Below, one piece after another: positions 36,687-51,270 of a stretch of DNA of 64,000 nucleotides (position 1 is the stretch's first letter; each line of letters starts with the position of its first letter). The translations under genes were made by a program, and so were the position numbers. The notes below the pieces were generated by a model, which saw only the letters and a list, made by a program, of their open reading frames with translations, ran no database searches and was not told the DNA's origin. Origin of the DNA: Lama guanicoe (Eukaryota); NCBI GenBank assembly GCA_013239625.1, contig MU054220.1, positions 1,088,871 to 1,152,870 on the forward strand. Reading direction: 5' to 3'.

Positions 36687-37655
36687 AAGAAACAGAGGGA
36701 GCAGCCCCCCTGAACAGCATTCTTTGACACCGGAATTTACTAAATCCTGTAGGTCCTCTAACAACCTTCTGAAGCTGGTATTGTTACTGTCTCCATTTAT
36801 AAATGTGCAAATTAAGACTCAACTAGACTAAATGACCCATGACTGATTAATTAAGAAGGACATTTAACCCTGCTCTTCTAATTCCATCCTGCACAAAGTG
36901 GCTCTTTCTAGAGCAAAACAGAGCAAAGGAGGAGAGAGAGGACTGACCCTGCTAGACGGAGTGGACGACGTGACAACGTGTTCTCCCTGACTCTGCTTCC
37001 CATCACCCCAGGTTGCCATCAGTCCTCGTTCCTTCAAAACTTCCTGGTCCATCCTGCCTGGTATCCATTAACTCAACTTTTGTCAAGGAGTTCTGAGGTG
37101 GTAAGAACCCTGAAAGCAGAACTTAGGGAACCAGGATCCTAGTCCCCACCTTGCTCAGGACTTCTTGGGTGACTTTGGTAAATCCTTTAATCTCACTACA
37201 GTTATTTATTCATCTGCCTACTGACAGCATGAAATGAAGGAATATGAATAACGTGCCTTGAATGTCATAACAGAAAAGAGACTGAATTTCATCAAGCACT
37301 GTGTTAGCGACAATAAATGAATTATCTAGCGCTATTATCACCTGTGTGGATGAGATACCTGAACATTCAAGAGGCGCCCTCAACCTCTTGTAATTTTCCT
37401 GAATGAGCCTTTTGTGATCCCCTTCAGGGTAGAGATTACAACTTACTTTTATTTGTATCCGGTGCCTCACTCACTGCAGACACTCAATAAATATTTAATG
37501 ACTGAAGGGTTGTGAAAACATGTGGATTATTCTTCCAAAAAGAGCTAAGAAGACAGTTGTTATTACAAACATCAGACTGGAGATGCAAAGCCTGCGTTAG
37601 ATGCTACAAGATAGGACGTTTCCCAGGTTCCAGGCTCGGAAGATTCCTTGGAGTG

Positions 37656-38585
37656 TCACTTCTCCCCTGAGGTCCCCTTGACCCCAAACAGTTTCCTCAT
37701 GGCATTTTTCACCTCATTGTTCCTCAGCGTGTAGATGAGAGGGTTCATCAAAGGTGGCATGACAATGTTAAAGAGGATGACAAGTTTGTCTGCAGCCAGG
37801 GTGGTGGAGGGACGAATGTACATGAACATGGGGGGCACAAGGACCAAAAGGACCGTGATGATATGTGAGCCACATGTGGACAGAGCCTTGTGCCGGCTCT
37901 CAGACGACCGGCTTCTCAGGTTCAGTAAGATGACCACGTAGGAGATGATAAGGACGATGAAGGACACCAAAGAAATCATGCAGCTGTTGGCCACCACAAT
38001 GAGCCCCACCACATAGGTGTCTGCACAGGCCAGCTTCAGCAGGGGATGGACATCACAGAAGAAGTTGTCAATCTCATTGGGCCCACAAAAGGGCAGCTGG
38101 ACTGTGAGGAGGGTCTGCAGGATGGAATGCAGGAAGCCAGCCACCCAGGAGGCCCCCGCCAACAGGCCACACTTCCCCCGATCCATGATGGTCGTGTAGT
38201 GCAGGGGCCTACAGATGGCCACGTAGCAGTCATAGGCCATGGCTGTGAGGAGGAAGATCTCAGTGCCACCGAAGAAGTGGGCAGAGAAGAGCTGGGTTAT
38301 GCAGCCACTGAAGGAGGTGGTCTTGCACTCAACGAAAGTGTCCGCAATCATCTTGGGTGTGGTGGCGGATGGATAGCACATGTCGGCAAAAGACAAGTGG
38401 CTGAGGAAGAAGTACATGGGAGCATTCAGGGTCTTGCTGGCATTGATGGTGATGATGACCAGAAGGTTCCCCAGGACGGTGAGCACGTGGAACAGGGAGA
38501 AGACCAGGAAGCACACGTGCTGCATCTCCCGGCTCTGGAAGAGGCCGAACAGCACAAACTCTGTCACATTGTTCTTGGTGCCCAT
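37656..38585 (-). CDS. OR4S1: Olfactory receptor 4S1-like, 309 aa, with DRY to DCY change
   Basis: ATG at 38585 ([16 protein letters not shown]). [21 protein letters not shown] and [12 protein letters not shown] motifs. Acceptor ccttgcag at about 38624-38631 (minus). Confidence 0.92.
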   Translation of the reverse strand: MGTKNNVTEFVLFGLFQSREMQHVCFLVFSLFHVLTVLGNLLVIITINASKTLNAPMYFFLSHLSFADMCYPSATTPKMIADTFVECKTTSFSGCITQLFSAHFFGGTEIFLLTAMAYDCYVAICRPLHYTTIMDRGKCGLLAGASWVAGFLHSILQTLLTVQLPFCGPNEIDNFFCDVHPLLKLACADTYVVGLIVVANSCMISLVSFIVLIISYVVILLNLRSRSSESRHKALSTCGSHIITVLLVLVPPMFMYIRPSTTLAADKLVILFNIVMPPLMNPLIYTLRNNEVKNAMRKLFGVKGTSGEK

Positions 38586-38729
38586 GGATTCTCTGCACTG
38601 AGCACTGGACAAGGTGGTTAGCTCTGCAAGGACACAGATTACACGAGATGAGAAAGCTTCCCAAACCCAGGAGTCAGAAAACTGTATTCAAATCTAATAA
38701 TGACCCTGGTACCCTATTTAAACTGAGGG

Positions 38730-39180
38730 AGAGGGGTTCCCCACATCTAAAAGAACTTCCCAGACACCATTTGGGTGTCCCACAATTCAACTCAGTTCTG
38801 ACTCTACCTAGAGATAGTGTCAGATCCCACAGGGTAACGGTTGCAAACCTGTGTTTCTGACCTAATGGCTATAGATTGGAGGTTTCAGTCACCTCCTCAG
38901 TTGACTTGCATGAATCGCCAACAGAACTTAGAGAAAGATTTTACTTACTAAACTACTGGTTTACTACAAAAGGATATAACCCAGAAACAGGCAGGTGGCA
39001 AAAATGCATAGGGCAAAGTATGTGCAAGGATGTGGAGATTCCATGCATCTCTCTGCCCAGTCTCCACCTGTTCAACAACCTGGAAGCTCTCCAAACCCCA
39101 TCCTTTTATGGAGGCTTCATTACATAGGCATGGTTGATTAAATCATTGGCTACTGCTGAACAATTCAACCTCCAGCCCCC
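38730..39180. mobile_element. MER21-like LTR just upstream of OR4S1 coding exon
   Basis: cagacaccatttgggtgtcccacaattcaactcagttctgac...ggaagctctccaaacccc...ggaggcttcattacataggcatggttgattaaatcattggc. Confidence 0.75.
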
Positions 39181-42100
39181 ATGTCTGTGCCAGACATGGA
39201 CTTAACTCCTTGTTCATATCAGCTCAACCACCTTTGGAAATTCATTTTATGTATTCTCTCATTTTACATTGGCAGGATCTAAAACTCACAGAATTATTTT
39301 CTCAAGGTAACACACTGCAATAACTAATGTTCATAACTCCTCTATGCCAAAGCTAAAATACAAAATGTGGAAAGTATTTTGTTATCTAGAAACGGTGAGG
39401 TTCCATGCAGTGTCTACCGTAGAACGTGTATGATGTCAGAACAGACCAAAGACAGACCAGGGATGATAATGAAAGCACGTAAAACAAATGAATAAATAAA
39501 TGAATAGATCTGAATACATAAACTAGTGTCTCAAAGAAGTAATTTGGGAATAAAAGATTATAGGATTAAAAATGTATTAAATTCAACAAATTTGTTGAGC
39601 CCCCTAAGTGTCAACAAATACTGTCACTGATCCTAAGTGCCTAGGATCATATCAAATGCTTTTACCAACAGGGCTGTTTTAAGGATAAAATAAGATTTTT
39701 CTTAACGGGGGGAGATGAGAGATGTTGACATTAGGAAGCTGGGCTTCAGACCTTCTCTTCTGTGTACGTCAATCAGTAAATTTGGAAAGCTGCCATAAAT
39801 TCTACTAAACACAGCAGCAACAACAGGTAAATGCTGGATGATTATTAATGGTTCATAATTAAAGGCAGGTTGGTAGAGTGTGGAGACAAAGGAAATGAAA
39901 TCCCACAAGACTGAGCACTGGTTTTGTTACTGTGGCTGCAAAAAAATAAAAAGTCAAATGACATTTATGAATAGCAGAACAGTAAAGAGAATCATATTTT
40001 ACAAGAACTTAGATAACCTCCAGACCCTGCGTTGCCAGGAAACATAGGGTCCTGGAAAAGGTTCACAGAAGACTGGGAGGAAGAATTGAAAGTTCTGCAG
40101 CATAGATTCATTGAGGTTGGCACAAAGGGTTTACATTCAGAGCCTTCTACCACTCGTTTCTACCTCCAAATCGAGGCCCCAAACATACTGCTTGTCCTCA
40201 AGCAGCTGGATCTACTTCAAGATGCAATCAAAAATGAGAATAATAAGCAATGACACTACCAGAATCAGAATGAGGAAATCATTGTCATGGACCGAGACAT
40301 TCCCCAGGCTTATGAAGCATCTTCTTTTCCCAGAAATTTCCCAGCAGAAAGTGTATGTATTTAACAGCAAAATTCTTCTTCTACTCCTGCTAAAATTCTA
40401 AAAATGGTTTACATTTATCCACAGTACAGAGAGGAGACAGAGCCCTGGAAATAGCCAGCCAGTTCCTGCCCCTGAAGGAGAAGGCTATACCCCAAAATAA
40501 TATAATCATTGTACACACTCCAAAAGAGACTTTGGTATCAGGCAAATAACCTAACCATTATTTCACACAAAAAAATTCTGCCATGTTTTGTCTTTCTCTA
40601 GTCTGACAGTAAGGGTACAACATACACATTGTTTCTATCTGATCTTTTGGCAATACTCAAAAAAAAAAAAAAGCCAACAAGGACATTCTGATGTAAGATA
40701 AAAGGCCTGCACAGAATTGCACAGATGGCGTTCAGGCCATCACCTGAACACTGCTTGGGGAGGCAGCGTCATAGTCAGCACGAACCAGGCACTAGAGCCA
40801 GATGCTGTGGGACCGAATCCCACTTCCGCCACTCCAGCGCAGCGTGTCGCTGGGCAGTTGCTTCGCCCCTCAGAAACTCAGCTTCCTCGTAGGTCAGATG
40901 GAGGTAATGATACATATCCCCTAGAATGTCATTGTGGGACAATGTAAGTGTGTCTAGGTCAGTGCTCGGCCCAGAGTCAGTGCTCAGTAAAGATCAGCTG
41001 TTATTAGACCTCAGCGGTCGCACGTCAGACTCAGGTGGGAGACTGGTTAACAAGGGCAATGCCGTAGGATTTATTTCCAAGGTTATGTGCCATTTCCATT
41101 AATTTCAAGACATTTTTATTAGATTTCAAGTACATAAAACTTGGGATGTCAAGGCAGTTATCCACCTGCTCTTGACGCCAACTCTTCTAAGGATAAAGGA
41201 AGAACAAGATGCTTGGGTGGTGCAAGTCAAGATTAATTCTCTCTTCCCTTCCATTCAAGAGATTCTATTCTGACCCAGACTCTCCCAAAGAAAATCATCA
41301 TCTTCATCATTATTATCATCATTTATATTTTACTTTTATGGTTTGTAATATAAAATAATAAAATAATGCACGCCTTATGTTATTTCATCCCCAAAACACT
41401 TACTATTATGCATTCACTCTTCTTATCCCCATTTTACAGATCAGGATAATTAGTCTCGGAGAGATTAGCTAATTAGCCCAAGTGCATTAGAGATACTTTG
41501 GAAAGTAGAGAAAATACAATTTGAAATTAGAAATCATTACTGTTATGGTGAGTTTGTTTTGGTCGCTTTCTTTCAGTTATGAAAACATTTTTACAAATTT
41601 GAATGAGATATATGCATAGTTTCATATTCAGCATTTTCCCTTAATACTTTTCCCCTTAAGCCTTTCCCAAGGTGATAATTTTCAAGAGATGTTTTCAATG
41701 GTGCGTTATGTATAAGTGCCCTAATTTATCTGACCATTTCTTTATTATGAGTTTTCATGTTACCCCCTGTTTTGTGCTCTAGTACATGACCTTCCTCTGT
41801 AAATATCTATACAGTTTTCCTTAAGATCAATTCCTTAGAGTGGGAAGACTGAGGTGAAGGGCATGGACATTTTTTAGGGTCGAGGGAGAATCTCATCCAG
41901 CTTGGAGACCACATCATTTGCTATTCTGGGGATTAGAGAAAAAACTAATAAAACAAGAATGGTCATTAACTCCCAGCCCAGACTGCTTTTCCCCAACCTA
42001 AACATTTTCAAACACCTTCAACTTCTCTAAAGTCTCATTTCACTCCTTATTTCCTCCTCTCTGATACTCTTCAAATTCCTCACACCATCCTTAAGCTATA

Positions 42101-44829
42101 AACACACCTTTGGACCCTGCAGTCTGTGAGGACCTGAGCAAGACTGAGTGGAGTGCGAAAGGGAGGTCTCACCTCCTGCAGCTCACGATGGAGCTGCTAC
42201 GGGTCAGGCACAGCTCCTGGGCTTCCCGCATTATCCTCGTCCACACTCATCACAACCCTTGCCAATAACTGTCAACACTCTCACTTCAGAGATGAGGAAA
42301 AGGAACCTCAAAATTTTAGTGTTTAAGTGACTTGCTGAAGGTCCCCGATAGCAAACACCGTAAGAGGAATTACAACCAACTCTGGGAGACACGTGTAGAC
42401 CTGACTGTCAGACAGTTCTCCCTGGGGCAGTAGTGCCTTCCACCCTCCCCCCTTGCAATGCTTGTTTGCTATACCCTCCGACCTTCTCTAGTCGCGCACG
42501 ACTGAAAGAGTTCAGAGAGATTAGCATTGACTTGGCTGGGCTCAAAGGAGGCAGCTTGACACCACGAAAAGGGCACAGGTCTGGAAGCCAAAAGACCTCG
42601 GTTTCAGCCCAGTTTTGTCACTTGGTAGCTGAGTGACGTCAGCCAGCTCCCTCCCTCTGCCTGGCGCTCTATTTCCCCATCTCTGCAACATGACAGTAGG
42701 ACCAAGTGCTGTGACTTTAAGCTGGAAAAGTTGAAGTCCACCCAAAAAATTAGTTTCACTGATAACGATCACCAATATTTGATGAATTTAAAGATAACTA
42801 GAAAGCAAGTAGGCGCCCTTATGTGATCACTCATTCCTTTCACAGCTTTGCCTGAGGGTTGGTGGGGGCTGAGGTCCGGGTTTTCACGTCTGTCATGCCT
42901 CACAATGTATTTGCTCTCACAGCAGTTTTCAGCTATGCTCTCTGTCTTGAAAGAGAAAGGAAGTCTGCAATGCAATTTAGAAACTCCTCTACCTTAGACG
43001 ATTAAATGTAAGTAAGTCTTTTAAGAGGGTTTCAAGCTTCAGACATCTGAGGAGTCATTTACAGGAAAGACCGCCTTGTCGGTGGGCTTGGGCTTGGGGA
43101 AAGGGTGACAAGACTGTACCTTAGTGAAATTTGCTCTAATTTCCAAAAGGTTAATGTGGTGTCAGGGACCACACACCAGGACAGCCCATGGGAAAGGCTG
43201 GGGAACTCATTCTGTTCTATAAACTCTGGTCCTTCCATTCTCCTGTGTCCTCAGCAGCCCCCAGCCATGGTCTGGGCATTCATATGGCAAATCTCTAAAT
43301 AATAAAGTGTGTGTAAAAGCACTCTCTGTGTCTGAACATCTCCGTAAGCAGAAGGAATAGTAATCATAGCACCATGACATTTGCTTGCCTTTATTAAGCA
43401 ATGTTGTATGCCAGGCCCTGGGCAGAGCACTTCAAATGCATCATCTCATTAAATCTGCTCAGCACCACTTGGAGGAAACAACAGTGCTTGTTCCTCTTTC
43501 TTAGATGAGGAAAATTGTGGATTAGAGTGACCGAGAGACTTGGCCAAGTTCTCAGGCAGCGAGGATTAGAGCCAGACATGCAACCCAGCGTAACTGGTTT
43601 CAAACTCTTAGTCACTAAACAGCACTCCTGACTGGGGACGTTGGCGCATCTGACCAGCCAAAGAGAACATGTTCTCAGCAGCTAAGGGGTGAGCAGGAAA
43701 ATGGCTGAAGGAGAGGGAGTCTAGCGATGCCCTGGGGAATCTGAAAATGCATCAACTCACACTTGATGCATTTGAAGGCAGGAACCTGAGAAATACTCAG
43801 ATACTGTACAGCAGGACATTGATCTGGGTTTTGAGGACAAAAGAGAGACTGGGCAAAGAAAGTGAGGACATCTGTTTTCTACAAGGGTCCTTGGTCAGTT
43901 CAGGGTTTTTTGCAACCATAGAGTCCCTCAAAAACCAAGACCGCATGACAACTGACCTTAGTGAGCGCCACCCTCCTTGCTGAGCAGCAGAAGTCAGGAC
44001 TCTGTTGGGAGAAGTGAAGGGTTGCAGTAAACTTTGAAGCACAGAGGGTTCAGGGATTCTCGTGTGGAATCGCCCCAGGCAAAGCCACTACCAGACTTGA
44101 ACACCTCTGCCTCGGAAGTCATAGCACATTCATGCTTAGCAAAAGTACCTCGAGATTTGCTAATGAGGCCCTAGGGGCATCCCAGTTAGAGAAGAGGGAC
44201 ACAGAGACAGCCATACCCCCTTGTCACACTAAGGGTGGTTCAGACAAACTTCGGAGGCCAAGGATGTGGCTGTTTTCATCCTGACTTTTGGTTGCTATGA
44301 CGACCCATCCCCAACTTACTCATTCAACAATATTTATTAAGCAGTGGCTGTCAACAGGGCACAGTTATGTGCCATCTATTTGAGAAAATGAGCTGATGTT
44401 AAATATAAGCTGATCTGTTTTTTATTGTTGGGTTTTTTTTTTCCTTAAGTAGCAGGAACAAGTTTGAGCCAACCTAGCCCCTTGACTGCTATGTATGTTA
44501 GCACAGCATTTTGAAAAGTGTTTCCACCCTGTGAGTAGGGCAAGCAGACAAGGGGCAGTAATATGGTGCTTAAAAGCACAGGCCGAGGAGTTAAGTTGCC
44601 TTGTTTAAAGGCCAACTTTGTCACCTGGTAGATACAGAGCTTTTAACAAGTGGCTTACCATCTCTGGGATGCCATTCTCCCATCGGTAATTTTTTTCTTT
44701 CTCTGATTTAAATGAATCAATATAAAAGTCCACAATGATATTAACACCACCACCACCACCACCACCACCACTGCCACCACCTGGAAGATACATAACCAAC
44801 CCAGCAAATGGGAATATAATTCAAAATTT

Positions 44830-46045
44830 TAAAAATCAGTAAAAACATAGATCTAAAAAAACACATGAGCCACCTTAACCTAACTGATATTTATAGAGTA
44901 CCACAATCTAAAACTGAAAAATACAGATTCTTTCAAGTGTACATGATACATTCACCAAGACAAACTTTATATTGGACTTCGAAACAAATTTGAATGTACG
45001 TGTAAAAGGAATGGCATCACTCACAATGGAATTAAATTAAAAATCAGTAACAATTAGATATCAAGTAAAAACCCAGATATTTGGAAAATAAACAACTTGT
45101 AAATTATCCATTGATCAAAGAAGAAATCAGTTTTTAAAAAATTAGAATACATTTTAATTGAATAATAAAAATACATATGAAATTTTATGGGATGCAACTA
45201 ACACGTTACTTAAAGAAACTTTACAGTATAAAATTTTCATATTAGAAATGAAGAAAGATCTAAAATCTATGAACCAAGTTTACAGCTTAAGAAATATTTT
45301 AAAAAGAGCAAATGTAAATACAAGGAAGGGAACAAGAAAGATAACAGAAATTAAATGCATAGAAAATTTAAAAACAGGAAAAATGATGGGCAAAAGCAAG
45401 ATGATGGGTCTTTGAAGACGTCAAGAAAACCAGTAAGTCCCTAAATAGGCTGCTGAAGAAAAAATTAGAAAACGCATAATTCTTTTATTTGAGGAAGGAA
45501 AAAGATTAGCACTACAGATTTTGCAGAAAATTAAGGATAATAAAAGAATATTATGAACAATCTTAATTTTAATATCAATGTCATTGGTTGACCTAAAGCC
45601 ATCAAATTCTACAACTTAGGTGAAAACAGTATATTTCTAGAAAAATACAACTTACCTAATTGACCCTAATCTGAATAGCCCTATATTTGTTAAATAAATT
45701 GAATTCATAGTTGACAAACATTACACACACCAAAAACCTCCAAACCAACATGATTTCTTTGGTTTCATCAAACACTTAAAGAAATAACACCAGATTTACA
45801 CAAATGCTTTCAAAAACAGAAGAGAAAACCTACCAAGTCATTTATGAGACCAGCATAACTCTGCCACCAAAACCTGACCAAAAAAAAATTTTTAAGAGAA
45901 TCACAAACATCACTCCTGAACATATATGCAAAAAAATCCTTAATAAAGCATATTTGAATTAAATGCAGCAATGTATACAAAGGATTATATATCGTGACCA
46001 AGTGGGATTTATCCCAAGAATGCAAGATTGTTTTAACATTCAAAA
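44830..46045 (+). mobile_element. Old LINE-1 ORF2 fragment
   Basis: Decayed ORF2 text (YEILWDATN; gaccaagtgggatttatcccaagaatgcaag). Confidence 0.8.
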
Positions 46046-47510
46046 CTGAGAGGCATTTCAAGAGGGCAATGTAGAAACACCCTGAACTCACCTCCTCCCA
46101 CAGACACATGGAATCTACAGCTTCATACGAGACAATTTCCTCTGAAAAAGACCTGGAAACTAGCTGAGCAACTTGTTCACATCAGGCAAACAAGAAAAAG
46201 GTCACTTTGAAGCCAATAAGAGAGGCTGGGACACAGTCTCTCCATAAACCCCATTCCAGCCCAGACCCACAATCACAAGGGAACTCACAAGACGGGATTC
46301 TCCCTGAGGGGTGAAGGGTTCATACCCCATATTGGACACCCCAGCTTTTAAGATCTGTACCTGAGAGACAAGCCCCCAGTACATTTGACTTTGAAAACAG
46401 AACTCATGTCCACAATACCCAAACTGCAAAACAGCTCTGAAGGGGCTCATGGAAGACTCACCCACTCCAGGGTCCAACTCAGAAACAGCCATTTGGGAGG
46501 GGAGGTTACAGCTCAGCAGTGGAGTGTGTGCTCAGCACGCACAAGGTCCTGGGTTCCATCCCCAGTACGTCCATTAAAGATAAATAAATAAATAAACCTA
46601 ATTACCCACTCAGAACAAAGCAAAGCAAGACAAACTTTTTTAAAAAGGAGAAGAAAAGAAACAGCCATTTGGAAAGTTCTCAGACTTTATGTAAAAGAAA
46701 TTTATTTGCTAAACTTGAAGCATCAGCCAGAGGGGCAAGGGCCCCCTGGGACACTCTCTAGGGATGGAGGCTGGTGGGAGCTATTTTTACACTTGCCCTC
46801 TGCCTTGCTAAAGCCAGAGGACACCTCTCTTTTTTTTAACTCTAGACTTTTTTCCCAGCAGGCGCCATTTTTACAATTTCTCTTTGTCGCACTCCAGAGC
46901 ACCAATACTCCTGGGGAGATGGGGTGTGGATTTAACACACTTTTAGTGCCTCTGTTTTTATGGCTGCCACCCAGGGGGTACCCCTTGATCACCTGGCTCT
47001 GGAGATCACGGGGCCTTGCACTCCTGGGTCCCGTGGGAATGTAATAATCAGAGACACAGTTCTTGACCAACTGCCACCCTACCCAGGGCACTGCACAGAT
47101 AGCAGATGGAAACTCATTTCCAGACTTTGTGAGAAAGAGGCCTATTTTCTTGTTCAGAAGATTTGGCCTGAGTGGGCAGGCTTCTGGTCTGGCACATTTC
47201 TGCAAGTCCATGGGGGTGCTCTTGGGGGACATAGCACATGGGACACCATCTTTGCACTCCCCCTCTGCCTCACTACAGCTTGCCTGTATCTTCCTGAAAG
47301 GACCTTTTATACTTGTCTGGAGCCCCAGTTTTTGCATCTGTCACCCAGGGAACACCTCCAGATTGCCTGGCTCTGGTGGCCAACAGGGCTTATGCTTGTG
47401 GTCCCACAGGACTCTACATATATTTGCATAAAATAAATATTTATATTTTTTAAAAGCTGCTGCCTGAGGGTTTGGCTTGCAGTCAGCTTCCGTCTAGGCA
47501 CTGACTGGGA
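46046..47510 (+). mobile_element. LINE-1 5'UTR fragment (L1M2/3-like)
   Basis: cctgaactcacctcctcccacagacacatggaatctacagc 5'-end pattern. Confidence 0.65.
46497..46656 (+). mobile_element. tRNA-derived SINE (Vic-1-like) with TSD
   Basis: A/B-box head, aaataaacctaattaccc body, TSD agaaacagccatttgg. Confidence 0.85.
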
Positions 47511-47529
47511 TCCTCCTGTTTGGTTTCAT

Positions 47530-47650
47530 GCAACGCAAGTGCTCAGCATGTACGAGGCCCTGGGTTCCATCCTCAGTGCTTCCGTTGAAGATAAACAAAT
47601 AAATAAACCTCATTACCCCCTCAAAACAAAACAAGACAAAATTTTTTAAT
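47530..47650 (+). mobile_element. 5'-truncated tRNA-derived SINE (Vic-1-like)
   Basis: gaggccctgggttccatcctcagt...aaataaacctcattacccc. Confidence 0.75.
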
Positions 47651-48169
47651 TTTGGCAGGGATAATAGGAAGTTTCCATCGTATGTTGGCACACCCTCAAC
47701 TACGGGGTGATTTTAGCCAAAGTTATCTGAGTTAACTGAATCCACATAAAACAGGGCAATAATTCTTCCTCCAGTGCCCACATTCCATGATGCCCTGAAT
47801 ATGATGGTTATGACTAGGTCAGTTCTAACACTGTGCATGATTCTCCAGAGTAGGTTTTCACCCACCATGAGAAAACCACCATTTCTAGAAGATACACAAT
47901 GGTACCCATTTATGTTATTCATCCTGTTGCCAACACCTGGCTTTTCAGACTTTTTCCAAGAGAAGCCATATCTCCATCTGATCTCTCTGCTTCCCAGAAC
48001 GCCACTGAATGTGGATGTTGAGCAAAGATACAAAGTAAGGGAACCAAGGAGATGTCTCCTGAGATGGCTTCTCAACTGGTAAAAGCCTTAACACCTAGAA
48101 TTCTCAAAATGATTTAGGATGATCATGTTTCACCCAATTCGCTTGACATGAACCACATGCATAAACAAA

Positions 48170-50045
48170 GTACAGAACGTCTAGTTCTATACAAGTCACA
48201 CTTCTTTTTTAATTACGAAGAAGACTCTGAATGCTATGAGCCCCATGGCACAGTCTGCAATCATAACAGAAAGAAGCAATCGTGGCTTCGTCCCAAAAAG
48301 TGAGGCAATTTCAAACCAGGCTGAGTCAACATTTCATGTTCAAGAGACTCCCCCCCAATTGGACATGCTACATTTTCTGAGGCATGCCTTCACTCTCATT
48401 GATGAAGTTCCTGCCCTGATACTCTGGACTTGAACTTTAGCCAAAGACTTGCCTCCGCTTAACCTGTTCAGAATGGAGGTCATTTCCTAAAGTTTTCCAA
48501 TCCATAACCAAGCCACAGGAGACCTGGCTACAACCAAGCAAGAAAGAAGTGTAAGCATAGTATATGATAGTGGTTTTTAAATTTTTTTAGGATTTTAATA
48601 CTTGTATCAATATAAACTTATATAAAGCATATTTTTTAAAAGAGATAATCAGTTGTTTTGATTGAAGTCCCACACACACCTGTTCAGCTGCCTCGTATCC
48701 TCTCCTGCTCTGCTCCTGCACCAACCCCTGTAGTACCTGAAGAATCCTGGACTCTCAATCCTGGCTCATAAACAGCTGGTACAGAAAAAACATCAAGGGC
48801 TTTGGAAGCGTCTTTGACCTTCAGTTTCCTCAGCTGCAAAGTGAGCATTGTTCCACCAATAGGGCAGTGACCTCCTGAGATTTAACTTTAGGAAATTTAG
48901 TGGAGGATGCTCAGTTCAGTTTTCTGATTCTTATTTTCTGATCTGTGTAATATTCTTAAGAATTGTGCCATTTTCAGCATGATGTCAGTAGGAAAAAAAT
49001 CTCTTCTTGGCGGACGCATTGGGTTTTGACCCCATGGATTAGGTAACTCTCCCAGCTCAACGCCCAGGTTTTGGCTCCATGAGAAGAGGGGCCTGAGCAG
49101 ACAGAAGCACCATACCTTCCTGCTTTCCTGCCCTCCACTTCCAGATCTGGGTCTCAGGTCCCGGTTTTCTGTGGACCCAAGAATACAATGTGAACCTATA
49201 CAGCATGAAGGCAGTTCATGCTACATTTTTTAAAATACCTTTTATTTACTCTGAAGTGATTCCAGGGGAGAAAATCTGACAATTAAAAAAAATTTATCAG
49301 GCCTCAGATTTGGAATTCAGAGACTTAGATGTGTTTATGTCCTGGTGACCTTTAAGAAAAGCAGAGGAATACACAGAGAGAGCAGGAGCTTAGAAATCAG
49401 GCAAATGGGTTTGAACTCAGGCTTTGTGGGTTACTAACTCTACGACCTTGATCAAGACATTGACCTACCAAAGATTCAATCTCTTCGTCTGCAAAAGAGA
49501 GGATGCATACCCATCTCACCAGAGTGTTTTAGGGTCAAATGAGATAAAATATGTGAAATCTCTTGGTTCATTGTAAAATACACGCACACATACATGTTGC
49601 TTCTTTGTATATAAACATTATTCTCAGAAACAATGTAAGGAGTGATTACTGATTTGTCTTAAGTGATGTGATATCAGTGTATTATTTAGAAAATTGAGAC
49701 AAAAATAAAGCTGCAATAACTATTATTCATTTACGGTGTGAAGCACCAATGATTTCCAGAAATTTAATTGACCAAATATTTATTAAGTTTTACTGTATGT
49801 CACTTAAAGCAAGATACAAAGATAAATATGATTCAGGCCATATTCTCAAGAGTGGCATTCTAATGGAGGAAAATGAACACTGAAATAAAACTAGTAAAGG
49901 CCTTACGGGATCCCTACTGAGTGCTTTGGGAGTTCAAACAAGGAAAAGGACTTATCCAGATAGGATGATCATGGACGCTCCCTAAAGGCAGCAGCATTTC
50001 AGGTGGGCATTGGAAGGTAGGTCAGACGTTGACCAGTAGAGATGG
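48170..50045. repeat. Paralog of 6790-7044 plus 13524-15130
   Basis: Collinear similarity, e.g. gaagaagactctgaatg, gaatggaggtcatttcctaaag, cataccttcctgctttcctgccctccacttccagatct. Confidence 0.88.
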
Positions 50046-51270
50046 GAAAATATTTTAGATGGCAGGCACTAGGGGATGTTCAGAAAACAATGAGCTTTAC
50101 CAGAGTGTAATTGAACATCAAAATAGAACATTAAGAGTGGGTCATGCCTTAAGGGTGTTACGAGTCAAGTAGGAGTTTGTGGTTGATTCAGAAGGCAATT
50201 AGGGAGTCACTGAAGACTTTTGAGGAGGAGTGGTATATTCTTCTAAAGTGGGGTGATGGTTACATACAGTAGGACTCAAAAAAATGATTGAAGTATCATA
50301 GGACAAGCAGGGAGGACCCAAGGGCAGTTAAGTCCATAATGTAATCACCAGGCAGCCCCAGAATGAGGCACAGAAGGGAGTGGGGTGCTCACGGCTGGAG
50401 AGCGACAAGGCCCTGTGGCTGTGTAAGAGGGCAGGTGATCGGGGTGTGTTGTTGGAATGGCTGAGAAACTCAAGAAGGTAAGAGGCTGAAGACAGAGAAA
50501 ATTAATGGGCCAAACAAAAGCATAAGGAAGGGGAACATGAGAATTAAAAAGACAGACAGGTATGAACAGAAGAGAATTTTAAACATCAAAAAGTAAGGAT
50601 ACATGGAAAATAAAACTTGTGCCTGAGTAGATATCATTGACTAGTGCTTTCAAATCACTTAAAGTCTCCTTGTGGTTCCATCTGATTCCTTGAACACCTG
50701 AATATAATGATGGCATGAGTTCATGGGAATCTCTGTCAAAAGCCAAAATACTTCCTGTTCTGAGGACCAAATCCTGCTAAGGTCAGCTTGGCCTGCCCAG
50801 AACCCACTGGACAAATCCTCCTATGTCGGCTCCATAGAATTTCTAAGCATTGGCGTGACACCTACTTCCTTCCTAACCTTTCACCTCCCCAAATCCAAAG
50901 GTCAGGCTCTTCAAACACAAAGGGCGCTCAGACACTGTTCCCCGAAGCAGGTCCTTGTCCTCTCCCACCGACCTCTTCATTATTCCCAGAGAGCGCCTGG
51001 TTTTCTGGAGCGTTTGTTCTCTCAAAGCAGCCAGTCTGCCTCAAGGTCACTGTCAAATGTGGAAGTGCAACACCAGAGGACCCCCTCCTAGACTTTATCC
51101 TAGAGACCCCGTCAGTCCTATCCAATCCCATAAAGACGAGGGAACTGAAACTTAAAGAAAGAAGGTGATTGGCCCAAGGCCACCTGGCCACTTAAAGGTA
51201 GAGGCAGCGTGAGATCTCGGTGCCACAGTGCCCCGTCCCTTGCCCCTCCTGTTTTCCCTGACTAAATCAT

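Noticed and set aside
38586..38612. 9-codon extension of OR4S1
   Set aside because: Non-ATG start. The ATG at 38585 gives the canonical 309-aa protein.
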